Below are positions 1 through 7,983 of a DNA stretch of 19,259 nt, piece after piece. Both the position numbers and the translations under genes were made by a program. The stretch comes from Elusimicrobiales bacterium (lineage in GTDB: Bacteria; Elusimicrobiota; Elusimicrobia; Elusimicrobiales; UBA9959): the NCBI GenBank assembly GCA_049972095.1, contig JBMFKQ010000012.1:1-19259 (forward strand). Direction: 5' to 3'. Every line of letters starts with the position of its first letter. Position 1 is the stretch's first letter. The notes below the pieces were generated by a model. That model made no database searches, was not told the origin of the DNA, and worked only from the letters and a program-made list of their open reading frames with translations.

Positions 1-1
1 C

Positions 2-634
2 AATAAATCAATAGTTGGCGAAAATGGAGATTCTTTATCTTTGGATCAATACTACGAAGGCAAGGGAATATATTATTTTATTGAACAAAAAGTCAGAGAC
101 GACCACGACTCTACCAAAAAACGAGGGCAGATTTCAAATTTTGAAACAAAATTAGAAACCTTGTACAAAAAACATAAAGATAAACTTGTTGGAATTATGT
201 ATTTCATTGACCCAGATCTTTCAAAGAATAAAAACTACTATTTACCCGAACTAAAAAGATTAAGCGAATTCTATGGCGTAAAAACTCATTTACTTTATGG
301 GAAAGAGTTATTTGATTATTTAGGAGCACCTGATTTATGGAATCAATTACTCTCTTGGTTAAAGCACTGGAAAGATAATTTACCGGAAATTCCGGAAATT
401 GATTTTGATAAAACACCAGAAAAAAGTTTTGAAGAAATTAAAGAATTGCCCATTAGATATTGGCGTAAATTATTAGAAGATGAAAAATTGTGGACTGAGG
501 GCATTATTAAAGCAGTATTCAGGAGTGGGAAAACATTAAAATTATCTTTAAATTATTTTGAGAAACAAGGCATTAAACCTTATACAGAATTGACAAGCTT
601 ATTAAATTCGTTATTAAAAAAATATTATGATTAA
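2..634 (+). CDS. Type II restriction endonuclease, HpyAIV-like (probably GANTC-specific); 5'-truncated by the window edge
   Basis: The frame is open from position 2 (NKSIVGENGDSLSLDQYY...), so the TTG at 41 is not the real start. It has a PD-(D/E)xK-like core 'LDQ...FIEQKVRDDHDSTKKRGQISNFE' plus 'YFIDPDLSKNKNYY', 'YGKELF' and 'LPEIPEIDFD..PEKSFEEIK', matching my recollection of H. pylori HpyAIV (HP1351). Confidence 0.8.
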   Translation, partial: NKSIVGENGDSLSLDQYYEGKGIYYFIEQKVRDDHDSTKKRGQISNFETKLETLYKKHKDKLVGIMYFIDPDLSKNKNYYLPELKRLSEFYGVKTHLLYGKELFDYLGAPDLWNQLLSWLKHWKDNLPEIPEIDFDKTPEKSFEEIKELPIRYWRKLLEDEKLWTEGIIKAVFRSGKTLKLSLNYFEKQGIKPYTELTSLLNSLLKKYYD

Positions 635-758
635 TAATTATTTATCGCAATTAAAAGTTTGTAAAGATGCCTATTCTTTCTTCATTTCTAGATTAAACAC
701 AAAAGAATCAAAAAATAAAATATCTATTTTTCTAAAAGAAACGTATTTAATCCAAACA

Positions 759-998
759 GCGAAAAGCTTAATTGAGATAGCATGGAAAGAATTAGGAAGA
801 GACCAAAAAAAGATTATCTCTTGATAAAGAAACTGTAAAAATTCCAATTAAAAAAGAATATATTGATAAAGTAAAAAGTCCTGAAGCTAAAAATTTATAA
901 AAGAGTGCATCAACGATTTTTATTATCCATTAAGGACTAATGTCTATGTTCAGTTTGATGGAAAATTTAAGATTGGAATGAGGTGGAAAGCCAGCTAG
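759..998 (+). pseudogene. Degenerate internal fragment of a DdeI-like type II restriction endonuclease (two frameshifts, premature stop)
   Basis: Joining frames at the A7 run (805-811) and the A5 run (889-893) gives AKSLIEIAWKELGRDQKRLSLDKETVKIPIKKEYIDKVKSPEAKKFIKECINDFYYPLRTNVYVQFDGKFKIGMRWKAS*. This aligns by eye with my recollection of R.DdeI (…W..EMGENPERLSINSKKIKIPILRSYVDSI…KKYI…YSYGLSVDKHVFIDNKFVLGIECKAY…). Confidence 0.7.
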
Positions 999-1085
999 CG
1001 AAGGATATAGGAATTATAAACTATGTAATAAAAAGATTATCTGATGAGTTTCTTTGCTTTTTATATAGTAAAATATTGATATAGT

Positions 1086-1895
1086 ATGAAGCTTTTGTGC
1101 TTTATTCTTGTTTTTATGCCCTTTAACCTTCAGTCAATAGAGATATCCCTTGAGGAGAACAGGGCTGAAAGTGGAACTGTTGGATATGTTGATATAAAAA
1201 AGATCTTTGATAAGTTTGCCTCAGCTTCAAGAAAAAACTTCAATGATGAGATTAAGAAAAGGCAAGGTGAGGTTGAAGATCTAAAAAAAGAGCTTTTTGA
1301 AATAAGAGCAAAAAAGGAAAAGCTGATGTGGGAGTATGAGATTGCAAGAATGTATGAGGAGTTCAAAACAAAGATATCATCTTTTAGCATTTCAGAATCA
1401 TCTAAGACAATTGTTGATAATGTGAATGAAACAAGCACAACTCTTAAATCAGACTATGGTATTTCTATGTCAAGCAGTGATGTTGCGATTGATTCTAACA
1501 CTGCTGTGGCATTTGAGGTTTCAACATCATCCTCTACAACCCAGGAGGAAGAGCCTTTTGTTGTTATGCCAGGTGTTGGAATGATTCCAATTTCAATGTT
1601 TAAATTCTCTGTTTCCTCATCAACGCTAATTATAGATGCTGAGATAAAGTTTCTTGAAAAAAAATCTGATGAGATTGAAAAAAAAATATATGAGCTTAAA
1701 GAAAGATATGATGCTGAGATATCTGAGATTGCCAGAAAAGAAAATATAGAGGTATTCAAAAAGATTTATCAGGCAATTGAAGAGGTTGCAAAGAAAGAAG
1801 GTATAAGCATAGTTGTTGATAAGAGAAACATACTTTTTGGAATGAAAAGCATTGATCTAACAGATAGGGTTATTGAAAAGATGGAGCAGGAATGA
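1086..1895 (+). CDS. skp: OmpH/Skp-family periplasmic chaperone with a long Ser/Thr-rich insertion
   Basis: N-terminal signal peptide ([17 protein letters not shown]), the N-terminal strand '[10 protein letters not shown]', coiled-coil arms, and the C-terminal '[32 protein letters not shown]'. It sits directly before lpxD, the canonical position. Confidence 0.8.
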   Translation: MKLLCFILVFMPFNLQSIEISLEENRAESGTVGYVDIKKIFDKFASASRKNFNDEIKKRQGEVEDLKKELFEIRAKKEKLMWEYEIARMYEEFKTKISSFSISESSKTIVDNVNETSTTLKSDYGISMSSSDVAIDSNTAVAFEVSTSSSTTQEEEPFVVMPGVGMIPISMFKFSVSSSTLIIDAEIKFLEKKSDEIEKKIYELKERYDAEISEIARKENIEVFKKIYQAIEEVAKKEGISIVVDKRNILFGMKSIDLTDRVIEKMEQE

Positions 1896-2905
1896 GATTA
1901 AGTGTTGATGAGATATCAAGGAGATTTTTTCTTAGGTATCTTGGTGATGGTAAAAGAATCATATCAAGGGTGTCTGCCCCTGAAAAAGCAGATGAGAATA
2001 GTGCATTTTTTGTTGAAGATCCTTTAAAGCTTAAGATCTCAGATATAAAGGGTGGCTGCGTTTTTGTTTCTCAAAAAAACTCATCCTTCTTTGACACATC
2101 AAAATTTTCTGTTATTATAACAGAAAATCCAAAAATGGACTTTGCAAAACTTCTTGGACTTTTTGAAAAAGAAAATCAAAAGGATTATTCTCCCTTCATA
2201 TCTCCACTAAGTGTTATAAGCAAAAAAGCAGTTATATCCAAAGGTGTTTATATAGGAAACTTCGTTACCATTGAGGATGATGTTATAATTGAGGATGGTG
2301 CGATTATTGAGGATGGTTGTTATGTTGGTAAAAATTCATTTATAGGTAAAAACACAAGGCTTTATCCAAGAGTTAGTTTAAGGGAAAATGTAAGGATAGG
2401 AGCAAACTGTATAATTCACAGTGGAGCTGTCATTGGAAGTGATGGTTTTGGTTATGTAGGTTCGCAGAATGGTTATGTGAAAATACCTCAGGTTGGTGGT
2501 GTTATTATAGAGGATGATGTTGAGATAGGTGCTAATACTACAATTGACAGAGCAACTCTTGATCAGACATTTATAGGGAGTGGCACTAAGATAGATAATC
2601 TTGTTCATATAGCGCATAATGTTAAGATAGGTAGAAACTGCCTTATACTTGCTTGTGCTGCAATTGCTGGTTCAACTGTTATTGAGGATAACTGTATAAT
2701 TGGTGGTCAGGCAGGTCTTACAGATCATATCAAGATAGGCAGAGGGGCAATTGTTATGTCTAAAAGTGGTGTTATAGGCAATGTTGAAGAGGGAAAGATA
2801 GTCTTTGGATATCCTGCAAGGGAGAGGGAAGAGTTTATGAGGATAGCTGCTGCAATGTCTAAACTACCGCAGATGTATAAAGAATACATAAAGAATAAGA
2901 AATGA
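1892..2905 (+). CDS. lpxD: UDP-3-O-(3-hydroxyacyl)glucosamine N-acyltransferase
   Basis: Hexapeptide repeats and the motifs '[14 protein letters not shown]', '[25 protein letters not shown]' and '[13 protein letters not shown]'. ATGA overlap with skp. Confidence 0.97.
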   Translation: MRLSVDEISRRFFLRYLGDGKRIISRVSAPEKADENSAFFVEDPLKLKISDIKGGCVFVSQKNSSFFDTSKFSVIITENPKMDFAKLLGLFEKENQKDYSPFISPLSVISKKAVISKGVYIGNFVTIEDDVIIEDGAIIEDGCYVGKNSFIGKNTRLYPRVSLRENVRIGANCIIHSGAVIGSDGFGYVGSQNGYVKIPQVGGVIIEDDVEIGANTTIDRATLDQTFIGSGTKIDNLVHIAHNVKIGRNCLILACAAIAGSTVIEDNCIIGGQAGLTDHIKIGRGAIVMSKSGVIGNVEEGKIVFGYPAREREEFMRIAAAMSKLPQMYKEYIKNKK

Positions 2906-3732
2906 AAAGAAGAACAATTGCATCTGAGTTTGTAGTAGAAGGGATAGGACTTCACAGAGGCAAGAAAAACATTCTTATTGTAAAACCATACTCAGGTAAG
3001 GGTATAATCTTTAGTGATTCTGTTAGCGGCAAAAAGATTGTTGCTGATCTTTCAAGCGTGGTTTCGTTCAATAGGTGCACAGTTATAGGTTGTGATGGAT
3101 TTGAGGTTTCAACCATTGAGCATCTTCTTTCGTGTTTTTTTGCATTCAATATAGATGATGTTGAGATAGAGATAAGCGGTGATGAGGTACCTGCTTTTGA
3201 TGGCTCGTCTTTGCCACTTTGTAATATCATTAAGAAAATTAAGATTATTGAAAAGGATGAGGATGCTGATGTCATAACTATAGATGAGCCATTTCTCTAT
3301 ATATCTGGTGATAGCTTTTATAGGATTGAGAAGGATAATGGTTTTAAGGTTGACTGTAGCTTTGAAAATTCCAATCCCCTTGTTGGTCTTCAGAACTTTA
3401 TCTGGAGTTTTGATACCGATAGCTACATTAGTGATATAGCTCCTGCAAGGACTTTTGCCTTTGAGCAAGATCTGGAATATCTTAAAAAAAACAATCTTGC
3501 TCTTGGTGGATCCCTTGAGAATGCTGTTGTTATAGGAAGAGAAAGGATATTAAATGAAGGAGGTTTAAGATTTAAAGATGAGTTTGTAAGACATAAGATA
3601 CTTGATCTGCTTGGTGATTTGAAGCTTATTGGTATGAGGTTGGATGGTATAAAGATAACAGCTAAAAGGCCATGTCACAAATCAAATATCTCTCTTGCAA
3701 GGATAATCAAAGCAAGGAGTATCTATGAGTGA
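2902..3732 (+). CDS. lpxC: UDP-3-O-acyl-N-acetylglucosamine deacetylase
   Basis: 'RTI...GIGLH.G', 'TIEHLLS' (catalytic Glu and Zn-binding His), 'EVPAFDGSS', 'IAPARTF', 'GGSLENA', '[11 protein letters not shown]', and the catalytic His in 'CHKSN'. Confidence 0.97.
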   Translation: MKRRTIASEFVVEGIGLHRGKKNILIVKPYSGKGIIFSDSVSGKKIVADLSSVVSFNRCTVIGCDGFEVSTIEHLLSCFFAFNIDDVEIEISGDEVPAFDGSSLPLCNIIKKIKIIEKDEDADVITIDEPFLYISGDSFYRIEKDNGFKVDCSFENSNPLVGLQNFIWSFDTDSYISDIAPARTFAFEQDLEYLKKNNLALGGSLENAVVIGRERILNEGGLRFKDEFVRHKILDLLGDLKLIGMRLDGIKITAKRPCHKSNISLARIIKARSIYE

Positions 3733-4171
3733 AAAAAAGCAGATACTTCAAGCATCTGATATAATAAAGATAATACCTCACAGATACCCATTTCTTCTAA
3801 TAGACAGGGTTGAGATAATAGAGGAAAAAAGAAAGGCGAAGGGTATAAAATGTATTAGTGCAAATGAGCTCTATTTTCACGGGCATTTCCCTGACAAACC
3901 CATAATGCCAGGCGTTTTAATACTTGAGTCTATGGCGCAGGTTTCAGCAACATTGATGTCAGGAGATCCTGCTCTTGAAGGAAGGTTTGCTTATTTTGCA
4001 GGCATAAACAGAGCAAGGTTTAAGAAAATGGTTTTGCCGGGGAGTACTATTGAGGTATATGTTGAGGTTGAAAAGCTCAAAGGTAGAATTGCAAAGATTA
4101 ATGGGATTGCAAAATGTGATGGTGATGTTGTATGCGAGGCTGAGCTTATATTTGTAATTGAGTTGGAGTGA
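3725..4171 (+). CDS. fabZ: 3-hydroxyacyl-ACP dehydratase
   Basis: 'IPHRYPFLLIDRV' and 'FHGHFPDKPIMPGVLILESMAQ'; located between lpxC and lpxA. Confidence 0.97.
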   Translation: MSEKKQILQASDIIKIIPHRYPFLLIDRVEIIEEKRKAKGIKCISANELYFHGHFPDKPIMPGVLILESMAQVSATLMSGDPALEGRFAYFAGINRARFKKMVLPGSTIEVYVEVEKLKGRIAKINGIAKCDGDVVCEAELIFVIELE

Positions 4172-4971
4172 TTGTGAAATCTCAGATTCATCCAACAGCA
4201 ATCGTATCAAAGGATGCAAGGATAGCAGATGGTGTATATATTGGCCCTTATACTGTAATAGGGGAGGGGGTAAGTATTGGTGAAGGGACATTTATAGGGC
4301 CACACTGCTTTATAGAGCATTCAATTATAGGAAAAGGAAACAAGATATTTGCTTATGCCTCAATAGGTCTTCCACCTCAGGATTACAAATACAATAACGA
4401 AAAAACACAGCTTGAGATTGGTGATAACAATATAATAAGAGAGTTTGTCTCAATACACCGAGGAACACTAACAGCTAATGGTGTAACCAAGGTAGGTAGT
4501 AAATGCTTTTTAATGGCAAACTCACATATTGGACATGACTGTATTGTTGGGAATGGTGTTATACTTGTTAATTCCGCTGCCCTTGCTGGTCATGTTGAGG
4601 TTCAAGATAATGCAATAATATCAGGACTTTGCGGTGTTCATCAGTTTGCAAGGATAGGAAGATTTGTTATGCTTGGTGGTGGAGCAATGGTAAGTCAGGA
4701 TATAATTCCTTTTGTTATAGCTCAAGGAGACAGGGCAAAGCCAGTGGCTTTGAATATTGTAGGTTTGAAAAGAGCTGGTTTTAGTAGTGAGCAGATAAAA
4801 AATATTAAATATGCATTTAAAACATTGTTTTTTAGAGGTCTTAAGTTATCTAAGGCAATTGATATTCTTGAGAAGGAGAATGTATCAGATGAGGTAAACT
4901 ATATAGTTGAGTTTTGTAAAACATCAAAGAGAGGAATAGCAAGGCCAAGGAGTTTTCTCTCTGATGAGTGA
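4168..4971 (+). CDS. lpxA: Acyl-ACP--UDP-N-acetylglucosamine O-acyltransferase
   Basis: 'IHPTAIV', 'PQDYKY', 'IREFVSIHRGT', 'HIGHDCIVG', 'LAGHVEV', 'VHQFARIG' and 'LNIVGLKRAGF'. GTG start overlaps the fabZ stop. Confidence 0.97.
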   Translation: MIVKSQIHPTAIVSKDARIADGVYIGPYTVIGEGVSIGEGTFIGPHCFIEHSIIGKGNKIFAYASIGLPPQDYKYNNEKTQLEIGDNNIIREFVSIHRGTLTANGVTKVGSKCFLMANSHIGHDCIVGNGVILVNSAALAGHVEVQDNAIISGLCGVHQFARIGRFVMLGGGAMVSQDIIPFVIAQGDRAKPVALNIVGLKRAGFSSEQIKNIKYAFKTLFFRGLKLSKAIDILEKENVSDEVNYIVEFCKTSKRGIARPRSFLSDE

Positions 4972-5782
4972 AAGGATCGGTTTTATAATTGGTGGTGGGG
5001 ATCTTGCAAGGATATGTGTTGAAAATGCTGTTAAAGAGGGTTTAAATGTTTTTGTTGCTGGTTTTGATGGTATAACAGACAGAGAGATAGAGAGATATAA
5101 CATATCATTTGAGTTTTTTAAACTTGGTGAGTTGGCAAGGATAATAGATTTTTTCAATAAAAACAGCGTTAAAAAGGTTGTTATTATAGGCAAAGTTTCT
5201 CATATAAATGTTTTTAAGGATATAAAAGTTGATATGCGTGGGGCTTTATTTTTAATGAAGCTTAAAGACAAAACACCAACTGGGATTTTTAAAGCTATTG
5301 AAGATGAGCTTCTCAAAGATGGCATTGAGGTAGAAAGCCCTTTGAGATTTCTTTCAAATAACCTTCTTCCTCATGGAGTTTTATGTGGGGAGGTATCAAA
5401 GGATGAGATAAGAGAGATAGAATACGGTTTTAATATTGCAAAAAGGATTGCGAGTATGGATATAGGGCTTAGTGTTATGATAAAGGATTATTGTGTAGTT
5501 GCTGTTGAGGGTATTGAAGGAACAGATGCTTGTATAAGAAGGGCTGGACAGCTTTGTGGAAAAAACTCTGGTTTTATAATGGTTAAGGTTGCAAGACCAA
5601 ATCAGGATGTAAGGTTTGATCTTCCTGTTATAGGTCCAAGCACGGTTGAAAATATCTTTGAGGCTGGTGGAAGGATAATAGCTGCTGAGGCTGATAAGAC
5701 CGTTGTTGCAGATATCAAAAAAACTATTGAGATTGCCTGTGATAAAGGGGTGTCGATTTATGGGGTAAGGGAGGTGAGATGA
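4964..5782 (+). CDS. lpxI: UDP-2,3-diacylglucosamine pyrophosphatase (LpxI / DUF1009)
   Basis: 'IGFIIGGGDL', 'MDIGLSV', 'VVAVEGIEGTDACIRRAG' and 'VKVARPNQDVRFDLPVIG..T'; follows lpxA. Confidence 0.93.
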   Translation: MSERIGFIIGGGDLARICVENAVKEGLNVFVAGFDGITDREIERYNISFEFFKLGELARIIDFFNKNSVKKVVIIGKVSHINVFKDIKVDMRGALFLMKLKDKTPTGIFKAIEDELLKDGIEVESPLRFLSNNLLPHGVLCGEVSKDEIREIEYGFNIAKRIASMDIGLSVMIKDYCVVAVEGIEGTDACIRRAGQLCGKNSGFIMVKVARPNQDVRFDLPVIGPSTVENIFEAGGRIIAAEADKTVVADIKKTIEIACDKGVSIYGVREVR

Positions 5783-7275
5783 TGAGAGCAAATCCTCATC
5801 TTCTTGAGATAAATACACGGCTTTTCATTGATGAGATGAGGAGAAAATACAACCAACCTGACATGACACTAAGCATGATACCTGATGAGGAGTGGCTGAA
5901 GATAAAGCATCTTGGTTTTGATATTGTGTGGCTGATGGGTGTGTGGGAATCAAGCCCTGTTTCTGAAAAAATCTCTCAGGATGAAGAGTTTCTGCGAGAT
6001 TTTGTAAGAGTGCATGAACTTGATGTCTCTGTTATAGGTTCATCAGTTTATTCTATAAAGAGATATAGACTTGATCCATCATTTGGTTTTGAGTGGGAGA
6101 TTAAAAGCCTTAAAGATAAACTTAATTCATTTGGTATTTTGCTTTTTCTTGATTTTGTTTCAAATCACATGGCTATAGATGCTGATTTTTCAGATGACTG
6201 TATTGATTGTTTTGTGCTTGGAACGGAGAAGGACTATAATTCAAACCCTGATCTTTTCTGCCAGAAGATTGTTAATGGAAGGATTTACTATATCGCTCAT
6301 GGTAGGGATCCGAACTTTCCTTGTTGGAAGGATACAATTCAGCTTAACTATTTCAATCCAAAAACAAGACAAAAGATGTTGGAGGAGTTGCTTAAAATAT
6401 CAGAGATGTGTGATGGGGTTAGGTGTGATATGGTTATGCTTTCTTTGAATGATGTTCATGAAAGTATATGGGGGTGGCTTAATTACAGAAATGGCTATAA
6501 GAAACCTGATAAAGAGTTCTGGGAGGAGGCAATATCAAAGGTTAAGGAGATAAACCCTCTATTTACATTTCTTGCTGAGGTTTATTGGGGGCTTGAGTGG
6601 AGGATGCAGCAGCTTGGTTTTGATTATACCTATGATAAGGTTTTTTATGACAGATTGAGAAATATGACAGCGCAGGATGTAATAGGGCATCTAAGAGCAG
6701 AAAAACTTTATCAGAAGAGGTCTGTTAGGTTTATAGATAACCATGACGAGGAACCCTCAATTGTCTGTTTTAACAATAAAAGGAAGGCACTCTGCTCTGG
6801 GGTGATGGTATCAACGGTTAGAGGGATGAGGTTTTATAATGATATGCAGATTAAAGGAGTAAACATAAAGATACCTGTTCAGATAAAAAGTATGGATGTT
6901 GAAAGGTATCGTGATATAGAGGTTGAAAAGTTTTATGAAAAACTGCTTAGAATTGTAGATCACCCTGCATTTCATGGAGGTGAGTGGGAGCTTTGTGAGG
7001 TTTTGCCATTAAATAATGAGGATAGTAGCTTTAAAAATATAATAGCTTATAAGTGGATGCAGATGAGAACTGTAAAGATAGTAGTGATAAACTATTCATC
7101 AGTTTTTTCATCTGGAAGAGTAATGGTATCTTTTAGGCTCAAAAATGGTATGGTAACCCTTTATGAGGAGTTTTCAGAGAGGTTTTTTTCTTACTCCCAC
7201 CAGGATGTTTCTAAAGGAATTGTTTTAAAAGATATCCAACCATTTGGTTTTTTTATATTTGATTATGAATTTTAG
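5779..7275 (+). CDS. GH13 alpha-amylase-family glycoside hydrolase, cytoplasmic
   Basis: All four GH13 conserved regions are present: 'LDFVSNHMA', 'DGVRCDM' (nucleophile Asp), 'FLAEVYW' (acid/base Glu) and 'RFIDNHDE'. Also 'LGFDIVWLMGVW'. No signal peptide. Confidence 0.9.
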   Translation: MMRANPHLLEINTRLFIDEMRRKYNQPDMTLSMIPDEEWLKIKHLGFDIVWLMGVWESSPVSEKISQDEEFLRDFVRVHELDVSVIGSSVYSIKRYRLDPSFGFEWEIKSLKDKLNSFGILLFLDFVSNHMAIDADFSDDCIDCFVLGTEKDYNSNPDLFCQKIVNGRIYYIAHGRDPNFPCWKDTIQLNYFNPKTRQKMLEELLKISEMCDGVRCDMVMLSLNDVHESIWGWLNYRNGYKKPDKEFWEEAISKVKEINPLFTFLAEVYWGLEWRMQQLGFDYTYDKVFYDRLRNMTAQDVIGHLRAEKLYQKRSVRFIDNHDEEPSIVCFNNKRKALCSGVMVSTVRGMRFYNDMQIKGVNIKIPVQIKSMDVERYRDIEVEKFYEKLLRIVDHPAFHGGEWELCEVLPLNNEDSSFKNIIAYKWMQMRTVKIVVINYSSVFSSGRVMVSFRLKNGMVTLYEEFSERFFSYSHQDVSKGIVLKDIQPFGFFIFDYEF

Positions 7276-7983
7276 ATGAGTTTCTTAAAACACTTCGTAA
7301 ATATTCTTTTCCCTAAGATTTGCCTTTCATGTAGATGTGATCTTGAAGCGGAAAGAGATCATCCTCTTTGCCTAAGATGTGAAAGGGAGCTTATAATGAT
7401 AGAGTTTCCTTATTGTAGACTCTGCGGTGCATATCTTAAGGGTGGTGGGGAGTTATGCTATAGCTGTAAAGGCAAGCGTTTTAATTTTGATTTTTCAAGA
7501 TCAGTCTTTATATACAACTTGCAGATATCATCTGTTATAAAGGCATGCAAATACTCATCAAAGGATTATCTTGCTCTATGGATGGGAAAGATTATGGCAG
7601 AAAGATTTTCTTATTATAAGGAGTTTTTGGGATATGAGTCTGTCACATATGTGCCTGTATCTTTAGCTAAATTAAGAGAAAGAGGGTTTAATCATTCTGA
7701 GTTGATTGCAAGTGTTTTTTCAAATTTGCTTGGGCTTTCTTTTATAAAGGATGCTATTTGGAGCAGCAAAACCATAAGTCAGCTTGAGCTCAGTGCTCAA
7801 GAAAGAAGAAATAATGTTAATGGGAAGTTTAAGGTTATTAGGGATGTTTTTAAAAACAAAAGCGTTATTGTTGTTGATGATGTTGCAACTACTATGTCAA
7901 CTCTTGATGAGATAAGCAGAGTTATAAAAGAAGCACAAGCTAAAAAGGTTTGTTGTTTTACTGTTGCAAGGGAGCAAAAATGA
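7276..7983 (+). CDS. comF: ComF family protein (double zinc ribbon plus phosphoribosyltransferase domain)
   Basis: 'LFPKICLSC', four CxxC pairs, 'YVP...RERGFNHS', 'ERRNNV', and the PRPP-binding loop 'VIVVDDVATTMSTL'. Confidence 0.92.
   Translation: MSFLKHFVNILFPKICLSCRCDLEAERDHPLCLRCERELIMIEFPYCRLCGAYLKGGGELCYSCKGKRFNFDFSRSVFIYNLQISSVIKACKYSSKDYLALWMGKIMAERFSYYKEFLGYESVTYVPVSLAKLRERGFNHSELIASVFSNLLGLSFIKDAIWSSKTISQLELSAQERRNNVNGKFKVIRDVFKNKSVIVVDDVATTMSTLDEISRVIKEAQAKKVCCFTVAREQK

Noticed and set aside
627..824. 65-aa ORF as a stand-alone protein-coding gene
   Set aside because: Its 3' part is better explained as a piece of the DdeI-like pseudogene that continues in other frames. The 5' part (627-758) has no recognisable motif.
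1041..1085. Sigma70 promoter for skp-lpxD (TTGCTT 1054-1059; TATAGT/TAAAAT 1064-1074; TGaTATAGT 1077-1085)
   Set aside because: A promoter is likely here, but no -35/-10 pair has convincing spacing and the region is very AT-rich, so I cannot place it.
2221..2800. Short periodic repeats in lpxD (and similarly in lpxA)
   Set aside because: They are explained by hexapeptide left-handed beta-helix coding and are not a DNA repeat array or CRISPR.
3725..3732. lpxC/fabZ as a frameshifted LpxC-FabZ fusion, and the identical ATGAGTGA overlap also seen at 4964
   Set aside because: Both proteins are complete with their own start and stop. ATGAGTGA is a common 8-nt coupling overlap (Met-Ser-Glu start), so the repeat is likely coincidental.
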